From Octopus sinensis (Eukaryota), in NCBI RefSeq assembly GCF_006345805.1, contig NC_043014.1, positions 33,666,001 through 33,730,000 of the forward strand: 64,000 nt of DNA. The letters are read 5' to 3'. A program made the position numbers and the translations under genes. Shown piece after piece: positions 10,591 to 22,970 of this stretch. The notes under the pieces are model-generated. The model ran no database searches. It was given only the letters and a program-made list of their open reading frames with translations, and was not told the DNA's origin. Each line of letters starts with the position of its first letter. The stretch's first letter is position 1.

Positions 10591-12371
10591 TTAGTAGGTA
10601 CAAATACTGCAAAGTATTTTCTCTGACGCTCAAACGATTCTGCCAGCTCGAGAACAGACAGAATGCCTTGGAGACAAGCATGTAGAGAGAACATTGCTTC
10701 ACTCCTTGGAAAAGTGTCCATTTACCATCGTTAAAAACAACACTGCAGGAAATTGAGAAAAAAGACAAAACGCTGAAAGATACTATGTAAATAATACATT
10801 ATCTTATTAGTGATATATATGTTGCTATATTTTTACTTATATAAAAAAAAGTTTGTAGTTCAAATTTTCCAAAAAAACAAAAGAGTACTCAGCATCCAAG
10901 AATGTCTGTAACAAGAGACCCTCGCTAAATCACAAAGAATCCAGTGCTGCGAAATTCGAAAACGTCTCTTTGAACAAAAGAAACAGTTTGCATCCAACCT
11001 AAAACAATTTTGCGAAGACTAAATAATTCTAAAATAGAAATCAATGCAACAGCAAGGCAACAGAAGTAGAAGAATTTCGTGAAGAAATTTCAAAACATGA
11101 CAAGAATGTTCAAAATAACATACGCAGCGTGTAAATAATTGTGAGAGAGCATATCAACTGAAGAAGAAGCTAAATGCTTTGAGAAAAGAACTGAAAGGTA
11201 CTGGAAAATGAATTTGAAACAGAGGAGGGGAGCTTTCGTTTCTAATGACGAATAGGAGTTTCACTTCCCAACCTTTTCTTGCATCTTATTATTATCTTCC
11301 CCACTTCGTTACACGATGCTATTTGGAAATTTGATAACATTAAAAAATTAATTTGTTATCAAATATATTTTCTAAATAGGTTAAACACTTCAGAGAGGTC
11401 AAGAAGCAAAATGACCGCGCCTCTTTCCTTGCGGTTAGTTCGGAAACAATTACACAACAAAATTGCTTTTCAAATCCCTAAGTTGGCAAATTAACAATAA
11501 TTCTTTTCAAACTTGCAGAATGGAGGAAAACCCTGGCGAGCAGAAAAACAACAGCAGGAACAGCAGGAATAACAAAGACGACGACAACGATGGGGATCAT
11601 ATTTTCTTTTATTTGCCACAAGAGAACAAGATATTCAGGACAATACAAAGGACGAAATACAACAAAAGAAAATCAATAAAAATGAAAGATGTAATGATAT
11701 AACAAAAGATATATAAATAAAATCTCAACAAAATTCCAGTAACACAAATTTCTCCAGGAGCGGAGCAGTCTACCTTGGGTAATTCAGAGGAAATCCTACA
11801 CATAACCAATGCATCAAAAGTGTCTGGCCCAGGTTTCCTCCCACTTAGAAAAGTATACTCAAGGTAGGACTAGTCAACCACATCAGCCTTACCAATCTCA
11901 TTCACCTTCGATAAAGACACCAGAAGGCAGCACCTCCCTCTCTATCTTCAACTTCTTCAAGTGATACTTGAAGAATAATTTAATTAGTTGAGAAAATCAG
12001 TTAAGATGAGTCCACTGCACAGCTTCTCTCGCCACAGCCACCGAGAAGAGAAAGACTTACTTTCCTTCGTTGCCAAAGGGAGGTGAAACGTCGATCTTCT
12101 CTATAGATTCGACAATGATCCTGATTCATCCTACACTCGATAGCAACAGTTCGGCACAGGCCTTCAAGTCGCTAACGCATGGACTCTGAGAGATGGGATA
12201 CAGAACGGTTTCGTCGTCCAGTAAGAATGCTGCACAGGTTCGGCTATTGATGTTTCCATGCTTGTAGAGCTAGTTTCAAACTGGTAATGCCCCCTTGTAG
12301 CACTGCAATGTCTACGACTTTTAGAAATTATACATAATCCCCGACCTGAGTGGCGCCCAACAGAGACACCG

Positions 12372-12738
12372 GTGGAGGCGCAATGGCCCAATGGTTAGGG
12401 CAGTGGACTCGCGGTCGGAGGATCGCGGTTTCGATTCCCAGGCCGGGCCTTGTGTGTGTTTATTGAGCGAAAACACCTAAAGCTCCACGAGGCTCCAGCA
12501 GGGGGGGGGCGATCCCTGTTGTACTCTTTCGTTCTAAATTTCTCTCACTCTTTCTTCCTGTTTCTTGTCCCCGACTTCCTACGCAACCGCTGAGCCTGGA
12601 TGCGGATTCATCCATCCGTCGATGCTCTCGGTGTCGGGGGTTGACCTGCTTTTTCTTCTGCGGGTCTTACGAATAGCAAAGGACCACGTTTCGGACTTCT
12701 CCCACTAGGACGAAGACCGCTTCGCTCAACAGCAACAG
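12372..12738 (+). mobile_element. tRNA-derived SINE, group C, full length, with (CAACAG)n tail and 14-bp TSD
   Basis: Head GGAGGCGCAATGGCCCAATGGTTAGGGCAG...GGTTTCGATTCC; TSD CAACAGAGACACCG at 12358-12371 and 12739-12752. Confidence 0.92.
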
Positions 12739-13029
12739 CAACAGAGACACCGAGCATTTTCATTGAGCCTTCAGTCAATCCTCAGAAATAGCTCTCTAAT
12801 TTGACCACTGAATAGATGCCGCTGTACATTGAAGCGATCCAGCATCTGAAACACATACACACACGCATAAACAAAAAACATACTCACATACACAAACATA
12901 CACGCACGCACAAACGCGTGCACACTCATATTTGCGCGCGCGTGTATATATATATATACGTACGTACATACATACATACATACATACATACATACATACA
13001 TACATACATACACACACGATTATGAGATG

Positions 13030-13791
13030 CAGCGTAGCTGTGTGGTAAGAAGCTCGCTTCCCAACTGGTGAGGCGGCGAGTTGGCAGAAACGTTAGCACG
13101 CCGGGCGAAATGCGTAGCCGTATTTCGTCTACCGTTACGCTCTGAGTTCAAATTTCGCCGAAGTCGACTTCCGGGTTCGATAAATTAAGTACCAGTTACG
13201 CACTAGGGTCGATATAATCGACTTAATCCGTTTGCCTGTCCTTGTTTCTCCTCTCTGTGTTTAGCCCCATCTAGGTAGTAAAGAAATAGGTATTTCGTCT
13301 GCCGTTACGTTCTGAGTTCAAATTCCGCCGAGGTCGACTTTGCCTTTCATCTTTTTGAGGTCAATAAATGAAGTACAAGTTGCACACTGGAATCGATGTA
13401 ATCGATTTAATCTCTTTGTCTGTCTTTGTTTGCCCCCTCTATGTTTAGCCCCTTGTAGGCAATAAATAAATAAGAAGTTTGCTTCCCAACCACATGGTTC
13501 CGGGTTCAGTTCCACTGCGTGGCACTTAGTACAAGTGTCTTATACTATAACCTTGGGCCGACCAAAGCTTCGTGAGTCGATTTTGTAGACAGAAACTGAA
13601 AGAAGCCCGTAGTATATATGTATGTATGTGTGTGTGTGTGTATTTTGTGTATCTGTCTTTGTCACGCCGCCATCGCTTGACAACCGATGTTGGTGTGTTT
13701 ACGTCCCCGTAACTTAACGGTTCGGCAAAAGACGGATAGAATATGTACTCGGCTTACAAAGAATAAGTCTTGGGGTCGATTTGTTCGACTA
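13030..13791 (+). mobile_element. SINE group B interrupted by a nested group A SINE
   Basis: Group B head GTAGCTGTGTGGTAAGAAG.. is interrupted at about 13067 and resumes at 13471; runs into the N gap. Confidence 0.85.
13071..13470 (+). mobile_element. SINE group A, two-unit copy nested in a group B SINE
   Basis: Flanked by imperfect 20-bp duplication TAAGAAG.T.GCTTCCCAAC (13047-13066 and 13471-13490). Confidence 0.9.
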
Positions 13792-13891
13792 NNNNNNNNN
13801 NNNNNNNNNNNNNNNNNNNNNNNNNNNNNNNNNNNNNNNNNNNNNNNNNNNNNNNNNNNNNNNNNNNNNNNNNNNNNNNNNNNNNNNNNNN
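13792..13891. other. Assembly gap (100 N, probably a placeholder of unknown true length)
   Basis: Exactly 100 N bases, abutting a TA/TACA microsatellite. Confidence 0.99.
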
Positions 13892-15981
13892 ATATATAAA
13901 TATACATACATACATATATATACATACGTATACATACATATATACATACATTCGTACGTACATTCATACATACATACATACATACATACATACATACATA
14001 CATACATACATACATACATACATACATGCATTCAGATATGTACATATCTGTTTTTATATGTGAGAGAGTACGTGGAAGTGTGTGCGTGTGTGTGTATGTG
14101 TGCGTGTGCGTGTGCGTGTGCGTGTGTGTGTGTGCACGCGTGTGCATGCGTTTGCACGTACTTGTGCATTTGTGTAGATATACCTTCTTCTGGAAGGCCT
14201 ACATCAATACTATTTCAGAGCAGAAGAATGTACCCGAAACCAGCAGAAGTGTGACACTTCATATCCCAGCACTGACATCTCATTCACTATATCACTGTTA
14301 GTTAATCGAATCTCGAAGTAATTCTGGTCTTCAGCGCAATGAGGAGAACGGTATGTTTGAGAGACCTCTATACGAATAGAGATTAGATTGCAAGTGTTTC
14401 CCTTACGTTATTCAAGTCACCACACTTCAGAGGTTCGATATTCCCGATGCTTCAAAATACATTTTCATTGCATATTGGCTGTGAAACTGGAGGTTCCAGA
14501 GGTACTCGCCACATAGGAAGCTAGTATGAATGGTAAATGATTCTCTCTAAGTTGTGATACAAAACCACCAGAAACAAGAGGAAAATACCTTCATGACTGA
14601 TTCGTTGAGGCTCCGGCGTAATGGCCAGCATCCTAAATGATATGCGCAGGACTCACAGAATAACTCTTGATAACTTTCTCATTACATTCTCTGTAATGCA
14701 TCGAAGAGCTCTTCGAAGCAAGACTCGATGTAGCAAAAGTCTCCAAAGGTCAGTGGTTACTTCTGGGCATGACCGTTTCATCGCTACATCACAGAACTAT
14801 GGAATCAGAAGTCATTTACCTCAACATTAGAAGGATGTTAAGGTCATCACCATCTACTAACACGATGAAGGCATCTCTAATCAAAAACTGGTGGTATACC
14901 ATTTCTTGTCCAGTGCTGGGAATGTTCTGGGCAGGATTGTAGTCGGAAGAGTTGTTCAGAGAAAATCAGAAAACATCAGAGCCACAGTGTCATCTTCGCA
15001 GTGATTGAGGCACAGTTAACATATTTATTATAAGGCAACCATAGTATAAATGTTGGGAACAACATCTGGACCTATTCATTACATTTATAGATTTGTTAAA
15101 GGTTTTTGCAAAGCTAAGATACAGATTAGTATATTCCACCCACACCACTTAAATTGACTGCAAAAAATATTGTTCAGTGTTGGCACCTATAGAGGAATAT
15201 CTGTAAGCTTTTGCTGATAGCAACCATAACACTGTAACAATTTTTTTCTTTGTCTTTGATCAGTAAGTGTTATTTCCTATTCGCTTCTTTCTAGATATCA
15301 AAGGAAATGACTACCATTCCCTTCAAACTTTGTTTTTGTGACCTGGACATCAATACTTTGAAACTGACTTATTTCCATTACATTTCAGACAGTCACCGAT
15401 GAGTTGCTGAAGCAGAAATATCGTTATAGTAAATATTCTGCTCGATACAGTAGATTTGCTTGTCAGTTGCTTGACTATAACCATTTGAGCATGTCCTTTA
15501 GTGGCTGACAATACGTGCATCTCTGACTATGAGGAGTAGTAGGGAAGCGTCATGGCCATGTGTTGAGGGGGATTCTTTGGGGTTTGAATAGATGTAACAA
15601 AAACAAAGTTTGAAAGAAATAAGTTTTCATACTTTCTACGGGTAAGCAAATAGGAAATAACAGTTGCTACCCAAGGTCAAAATTCGTGTTACACTGTGTG
15701 ATCGCAAACGCAGCATAAATATTACAAAGGGAGTTTACAATGATCTCAGTTCGTACACTGAATTGTACAAAGAGACAATGTACCATTAACATAAAACAAT
15801 TTTGGATAAGTTCTTCGCCCCCTCAAATAGATATTGATGACGATGAACTAAAAAATAGAAACTAGTGCCCCTCATCTTTATGTAACTTTCATTACACAAT
15901 CACCAGCCCTCACATAGTAGTCAACACAGTTTGTGGTAAAAAGGAACCCTATTACGATATTAGGGTTCTTATTTATTCCCT

Positions 15982-16290
15982 GTGGAGGCGCAATGGCCCA
16001 GTGGTTAGGGCAGCGGACTCGCGGTTGTAGGATCGCGGTTTCGATCCCCAGACCGGGCGTTGTGAATGTTTATTGGGCGAAAACACCTAAGGCTCCACGA
16101 GGCTCCGGCAGGGTGGTGGTGACGATCTCTGCTGTACTCTTTCGCTACAACTTTCTCTCACTCTTTCTTCTGTTGGCCTGCTCACTTAGCCAGCGGAGTG
16201 GCGTTATATGAAGGCTAAAACAATGCGAAGCGCATTGTGACCAGCGATGTGTAACAGCATCTGATAGCCTGGTCGGTCACGGTGATCCCG
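15982..16290 (+). mobile_element. SINE group C, full length (tail type 2)
   Basis: Same head and body as 12372; tail GGCCTGCTCACTTAGCCAGC...GGTCGGTCACGGTGAT; probable TSD ATTTATTCC (15971-15979, 16294-16302). Confidence 0.9.
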
Positions 16291-16909
16291 ATGATTTATT
16301 CCTTAACGTTTTTTCTTCAAATGTTTTTTATAGATACATATTGTGCTGTGCATATTTACAAATTGTTATTTTCATACACAGAAACCGCCATGTTTATTTC
16401 CCCTTTTTTCGAAAAGAATCTGTCGTTATGTGTTATCAATTTAAAACATGAAAATCAACTCGAAAATTAAGTTCGGCTGACGAGATTTCGCGTTACAAGT
16501 TCTGTGAAGTACTGTCTCCGTAACACAGGGGATTCCTGTACACATATGTTTATTTACATTTAAATTAAATTAATTTTCTTGTTAGTCCCCGATTACATTT
16601 TTGTGACGTTCGTGGTTTTTCACAAGGTCATTAATGACGTAAGCAATAAGAATACCATAAAGGTTTATTTATTTTGCAGTTTTCAAGAAATTAATTTTAC
16701 CTTCTTTTATATATAATGGGAAAGAAAGAATGGGGGTAAACAAGAAGATACACAGAGTTTTCAGTTCTAAAAAAACATTTTGGTTAAGTGTTGTTGTTGC
16801 TAGTTGTTGTTTTTGTTGTTGCTGTTTTTATTGTTGCTGTTTTTCTTTTTGTTGTTGTTGTTTAACCCAATGTCAACCCCGAACGAGAAGATTTATGACC
16901 AAAAGCATT

Positions 16910-17383
16910 CCAGTGCGTAACTGGTACTTAATTTATCGACCCCGAAAGGATGAAAGACAAAGTCGACCTCGGCGGAATTTGAACTCAGAACGTAACGACA
17001 GACGAAATACCTATTTCTTTATTACCCACAAGGGACTAAACACAGAGGAGACAAACAAAGACAGACGAAGGGATTAAGTCGATTACATCGACCCCAGTGC
17101 GTAACTGGTACTTAATTTATCGACCCCGAAAGGATGAAAGGCAAAGTCGACCTCGGCGGAATTTGAACTCACAACGTAACGACAGACGAAATACCTATTT
17201 CTTTACTATCCACAAGGGGCTAAACACAGAGGGGACAAACAAGGACAGACAAACGGATTAAGTCGATCAAGTCGATTAAGGCAAAATCGACCTCGGCGGA
17301 ATTTGAACTCAGAACGTAACGGCAGACGAAATACGGCTACGCATTTCGCCCGGCGTGCTAGCGTTTCAGCCAGCTCTCCGCCT
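16910..17383 (-). mobile_element. SINE group A with multiply reiterated body
   Basis: The GGCGGAATTTGAACTCA B-box segment occurs three times; single head at about 17365-17383. Confidence 0.9.
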
Positions 17384-18034
17384 TTGGTGCTAGTAATAAT
17401 ATTGTTGGTTGTGACGGTGGCAATAGTGTTGGTATTGACCCTGGGAAACAGCGATGGTGGTAGTGGTCTGTCTTGGGGTTAATGATGGTGGTAGTCACGA
17501 TAGAAGTGATACCATTTGTGTTGATGAAGATGGCAGTTGGTGGTGATGGCAGTAGTGTTGGTTGTTATTGTTGTTGATTGGGGGCTGGTGTTGTAGCGGT
17601 GGGGAACGTGTGATGGTGATAGCGATGGCTGTAGTGATGATTCCAGTGAGAGTGGCTGTAGGGGTTGAGACAGTGTTGGTGATGGTGGTGGTGGGATCCG
17701 TAATTGTGATATCTCAAATAACGAAAGTACTCAGTGTATTTACTAATGTCCATTGGGAGAATTGTTTTCCACACCACCACCCCCACCGTATTCCCAACAT
17801 ACATATATATATATATATTTGTATGTTCACCAACCACCACCACCACCACCAGCCGCTAACTGCCGCCTCTGCCGTCACCACGACCACTGCCACCGCCGCC
17901 GCCGCCGCCTAATGTACATTTGTAGTAATTTAGTTATTCTGTTGGGGATGGGGAATTAAAAAAAAAAACAAGTTCGGCATGCCCTACTGAATCTTAATTA
18001 AGTTGTTATAGACATTAACACGAGGGAATGTCTA

Positions 18035-18330
18035 TGTATGCATGTATGTATGTATGTATGTATGTGTGTGTATGTATGTATGTATGTATGTATGTATGTA
18101 TGTATGTATGTATGTATGTATGTATGTGTGTGTATGTATGTATGTATGTGTGTATGTATGTATGTGTGTATGTATGTATGTATGAATGTATGTATGTTTG
18201 TATGTATGAATGTATGTATGTATGTATGTATATATTTGTGTGTGTGTGTATGTATGTATGTATGTATGTATGTGTGTGTGTATGTATGTATGTATGTATG
18301 TATGTATGTATGTATGTATGTATGTATGTA
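18035..18330. repeat. (TATG)n microsatellite
   Basis: Direct reading. Confidence 0.97.
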
Positions 18331-18977
18331 TGCGCGTAGAGAGACTGGAAGAGAGGGAGAGAAGGACGTGTGGTCATTCGAGCGTGTGAGTGTATATTTT
18401 CAGTCTGTTATCTTTTACTTGTTTCAATCACTAACTAGACCGCGGTTATGTTGGGACATTCACCTTCAACTATTTTAGCCGTACGAATGGATACCAGTAC
18501 CTGTGTTTTTTTTGGGTTTTTTTTTTTACAAAGCGTGGTACTTATTCTTTCGGTTTCTTTCAGCTGAACCGTTAAGTTACAGGGACGTAAGCACACTAAC
18601 ACCGACTGTCAAGCAGTGGTGGGAGACAGACACAGACACGAAGTTATACCGCACTCATACACACATTGTGCGCGCACACATACATACACTATACACAAAT
18701 ACATGCATGGACGCACGCGGACACACACGTATATATATACATATATATATACTCAAACGTACACACATATTCAGACATGCATATGTATATAGACAGACAA
18801 ACATATATATAAATATATATATGCATATGCATATAAGCACACACACACACATATGCATATATATGTCCATATGAATATATCTGTATATTATTATACTAAT
18901 TTTCCTGGCTTCTTTTTTCCCAACATTTGAAGCAACAGAATCCAAGAAATATGAGTGCTTGTGTGTGTGTGTGTGTG

Positions 18978-19026
<49 letters not shown>

Positions 19027-19149
19027 CACTGAAATATAGAAAGGATTGGTGTATGCAGATGCAGAAAGGTTTTAATTATGTGCCACATATGCTCCAGTTG
19101 TCCACTAGACCTTCTTCAGAGATACATTTGGTGATATAATATATAATAA

Positions 19150-19985
19150 CGAAATTGTTGTATACAATGCTCAGGTACACTACAACTACAAAAAAAAGGG
19201 GGGCATCAGGTGTACTGTTGACGAATTTCAGGACAGCTAACAGCTGATGCAGGTGGTTTATTCCGTGCTTCAGCAATTCTAAGCGTGAAAAAATGTTTCT
19301 GAAAATCATGGGTGCTGTGTTGTTTTTTGACTTTGTAAGCATGTCCACAAGTGTTAAACATATGGAATTCGAAAAGGTGCCCAAGGCCGTTGGTGGAAAG
19401 ATGGTGGATAATCTTGTGGGTGTCTGCCAAGTCAGTTGCCAGACGGCTTCAATATGTCCATGCTCATAGAAACAAGACGTTCAGAATATGGTAGATGCCT
19501 AACGACGGACATTCGTTGGTTGCACGTTTCTGAACAGTTTTCAGGAGATTGATACGCTGAGCAAGATAGAGGTTCCAGACTGGTGATGAAAACTCTAAGT
19601 GTGGACGTACTATAATCATATACAACTTTAAATATAGCTGGAGAGCCTCTGACAAAGGTCTTACTGAGTGATGTTAAGACCCTCAGCCTTCTTGACAATC
19701 TTAGAGATGATGTGGTTTGTCCAACGTAGAGTGCTGTTGACAATAATACCCAGGTCACGTTCACTAGCAGACTTCTTAAGCTTGGTGTTGTTGAGAGAGT
19801 ATGTAAAAGCCGGTTTTTCTTCTCAAAGTGCTTGGGGACACACTCGTCCACAGCTAGCTTGAGTTGCCAGTCAGTAATCCATTGTTACATAGTGTCCAGG
19901 TCGGATTACAGGTAAGATCTATAGTGAAGTGTTTAGAGTCCTGATGCAGTGGAAGAGAGGTAAAGGGAATTAATAACGGTGACTA
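19150..19985 (-). mobile_element. CR1-like LINE 3' fragment (RT C-terminal region, frameshifted)
   Basis: Minus strand LQSDLDTM*QWITDWQLKLAVDEC, SERDLGIIVNSTLRWTNHISKIVKKAEG, LYMIIVRPHLEFSSPVWNLYL...VQKRAT, DTHKIIHH...NTCGHAYKVKKQH...KHFFTLRIAEARNK, collinear with CR1 ORF2 C-terminal motifs. Confidence 0.88.
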
Positions 19986-19989
19986 TGGA

Positions 19990-20470
19990 CAAATAGTGCA
20001 GAATAGAAGGATAAAATTTTGCAAGGTGAACGTCACTTGCCACTGTGAAAAAGAAGAGCACTCTAAAAATAAGAGGAGGACTTGGTCGGTCTCAGCTGAA
20101 CTTGCCGGCAAATATAATTTTCCAGTTTTTACCATCAAAAGACTATACTTCATTATGTGTTGCCAGAAAAGGAAAATTGGAAAAAAGTATAGTAGATTTG
20201 ATAGTCTTCTGTGACGCAAACAATAGCGATGTATTTGACCGGAAAGACAGATTATGCAGTGGGCTCGTTGAACTCTGCGAAAATAATGGATGGGAGGAAA
20301 CTTACTTTCTTGTGGAGATACGAATCTGGGGATTTACTGGAGCTAGTGTTTCTGCACTGTTCAAGAGCCTTGACCTAACTACGAAGGAAAGAAAAACACT
20401 TTTAAAGAAAAATGTCAAAAGCTGAAGAGGGATCAAGCCACTACATCTAGTTTAAATAGTACTGGAGTTT
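19990..20470 (+). mobile_element. HERO-like RLE non-LTR retrotransposon C-terminal remnant
   Basis: WSVSAELAGKYNFP, then VDLIVFCDANNSDVFDRK...LVELCENNGWEETYFLVEIRIWGFTGAS...KAEEGSSHYI; resembles the HERO pattern ELTVPWE....ERK..Y..L...C...GW.....VEVG.RGF. Confidence 0.62.
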
Positions 20471-20986
20471 TGTTTCCTTTATAGGTGGGGACCACGGGTA
20501 GCTATTGTACCGCGGTGGAAGGGTAGACATATATCGACGGAGTTATTTCATCGGTGCATGAAAGAAATATCGACCATTGTTTTCGGAGACGAAGTACAGC
20601 AGCACTCTCACCGCGTAAGTGTTTACCTAAAGTGTGTGCGCGAGTAATGTGTATATATACATTCATATATATATATATATATACACTAACACAAACACAC
20701 ACATATATGTATATATGCATGCGTACACACCTGTATATACACTCAAATGATCACGGCCAGGGAACAGAAGAAAGAAGGAGAAAGACATGCACCACTCAGC
20801 ACCAGAGCTGAAGACACCTCCGAAAGTGGGGGGGGGGGTCACCACGTCAAAACGGTAGAGGAGTAGGGGCCGAAACCAGTCGTGGTTCCTCCTGATGATG
20901 CCTTGAGCTATCTGGATCCTATAAAGGAGCTGTTGTGGTAGTAAGCCACGAAACATGGTTGAAATTCTTCCATTCCTATATATACA

Positions 20987-21035
<49 letters not shown>

Positions 21036-21802
21036 TAACACAAACACACACATATATGTATATATGCATGCGTACACACCTGTATATACACTCAAATGAT
21101 CACAACTTGGAAGCAACGGATTAGAATAAATAAAGCAAATAAGAAGCCCTTGTGTAATCTGTTTGTTAAGATAAGTTACAATTAATATAAGAGCATATTA
21201 TTATTGGGCGATAATCACTGTAGATATGATATCATTCTATCACTTGGGAGGAGTCTGAGAAAAGAAAATAGAATGAGAAAAAAATTTGGTCAGTGAGGCA
21301 GGCCTAAATAAGATTTGCTCTGCCTACGACATTTTTTCAAGTCTTGCAAGCCACCCGCTGCATTTGCCGATTGAAACTAATTCACTTCATTTAGCTTATC
21401 AGGCTAAAACACTTATTTATTTGAAGGATGTGGTGAAAGAGAAAGCAATATAGTACTATAGCATAAATGCACTGCTAACAGACTTAATACAGTGAGCCGA
21501 GATATTTTAATTAAAATATCACCCGTGATGATATTAAAATATCACCCGTAATCATTAGCCTCACTGTGGGGATTATTTTAATTAATTAAAATGTCTTAAT
21601 TTACAATATAACTCTCGTTCCCACCGACTTTACTATTTGTTTTTTGTGCACCAAAACTCTCTGAGTAATTTTCACATTCTCCCTAGTTATTATATTATAA
21701 CCTTGCTTGGTGTTGCTTAGAACCAGCCTCGATCGAACAGCCTTGTGGCCAAAAGCATTCCGTCAGTGGTCATCACGTCATTTTAAGATTCTATAGGACT
21801 AC

Positions 21803-22217
21803 TCTCTTTACTCTTTACTCTTTTACTTGTTTCAGTCATTTGACTGCGGCCATGCTGGAGCACCGCCTTTAGTCGAGCAACTCGACCCCGGGACTTATTC
21901 TTTGTAAGCCCAGTACTTCTTCTATCGGTCTCTTTTGCCGAACCGCTAAGTGACGGGGACGTAAACACACCAGCATCGGTTGTCAAGCATTGCTAGGGGG
22001 ACAAACACACACACACAAACACACGCACATACACATATATACATATATATACATATATACGACAGGCTTCTTTCAGTTTCCGTCTACCAAATCCACTCAC
22101 AAGGCATTGGTCGGCCCGGGGCTATAGCAGAAGATACTTGCCCAAGATGCCACGCAGTGGGACTGAACCCGGAACCATGTGGTTGGTTAGCAAGCTACTT
22201 ACCACATAGCCACTCCT
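21803..22217 (-). mobile_element. SINE group B (AGGAGTGGCTGTGTGGTAAG head, CORE-like body, (GAGTAAAA)n tail), near full length
   Basis: Reverse complement aligns end to end with 25114-25521, 45805-46211 and 61605-61980. Confidence 0.92.
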
Positions 22218-22589
22218 GCGCCTGCGCCTACATTATTTACTATACCTTTTATCTAATACGAGGTCATTTGGGGGAAATTTACCTGCTTATTCTGGTAGAT
22301 TGTGTTATCTTCTTCAGTAGAGTGGCTGACAAAAATGGTTTGTGATATTCAGCAACGTCCCCTTACGCTGTGAGTTCAAATACAAGAAATATTGACTTTT
22401 AATTTGCATCTTTTCGAGGCTCGATCAGACTTCTTGTCCTAAACATGTGACTTTGTGCTAAATGTCAAAACATTCGTTGATGTATTTTCTTCTGATTCTA
22501 AATTCCTCTGGAGTCTATAAAATAAGTACTATGCTGTACAAGGGTTAGGGTTAGGGATAGTTGTGATGTCTGTCTTAATGGTAGCGGTA

Positions 22590-22970
22590 GTATGGAGTTG
22601 GTGGTGGTGTTGTTGTTGTTCGTGGTGGTGGTGGTAGTGTGGTGGTGGTGGTGGTTTAGGTGGTGGCGGTAGTGGTGGTGGCGGTGGTGGTGGTGGTGGT
22701 GGTGGTGGTGGTGGTGGTGGTGGTAGTGGTGGTGGTGGTGGTGGTTGTGGTGGCGGTGGTAGTGGTGGTGGTGGTGGTGGTGGTGGTGGTGGTGATGAAC
22801 GTAAAAGTGATGGCTGGTGGTGGCGCTGCCCGTCGCTTGTGATAACGTTACTCTTGGTACTGATAATCTGAATGATGATGACGACGACGACGACGACGAC
22901 GACGACGATGATGATGATGATAACGACGACGAGGCGAAGACGATGATGATGACGATGATGATGGTGACAA
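22590..22970. repeat. (GGT)n and (GAT/GAC)n trinucleotide repeats
   Basis: Direct reading; explains the poly-P/H/D/V ORFs. Confidence 0.95.

Noticed and set aside
12372-12450. tRNA-like heads with A and B boxes here and in other SINE copies
   Set aside because: No complete cloverleaf or acceptor stem; each continues into SINE body, so none is called a tRNA gene.
14160-15100. Unique-looking, moderately GC-rich stretch with an MFWAG-like word suggestive of Tc1/IS630
   Set aside because: No second collinear motif found in any frame; left unassigned.
16910-17383. Regularly recurring repeats superficially like a CRISPR array
   Set aside because: The units are contiguous SINE body reiterations without unique spacers, in a eukaryotic context with no cas genes.
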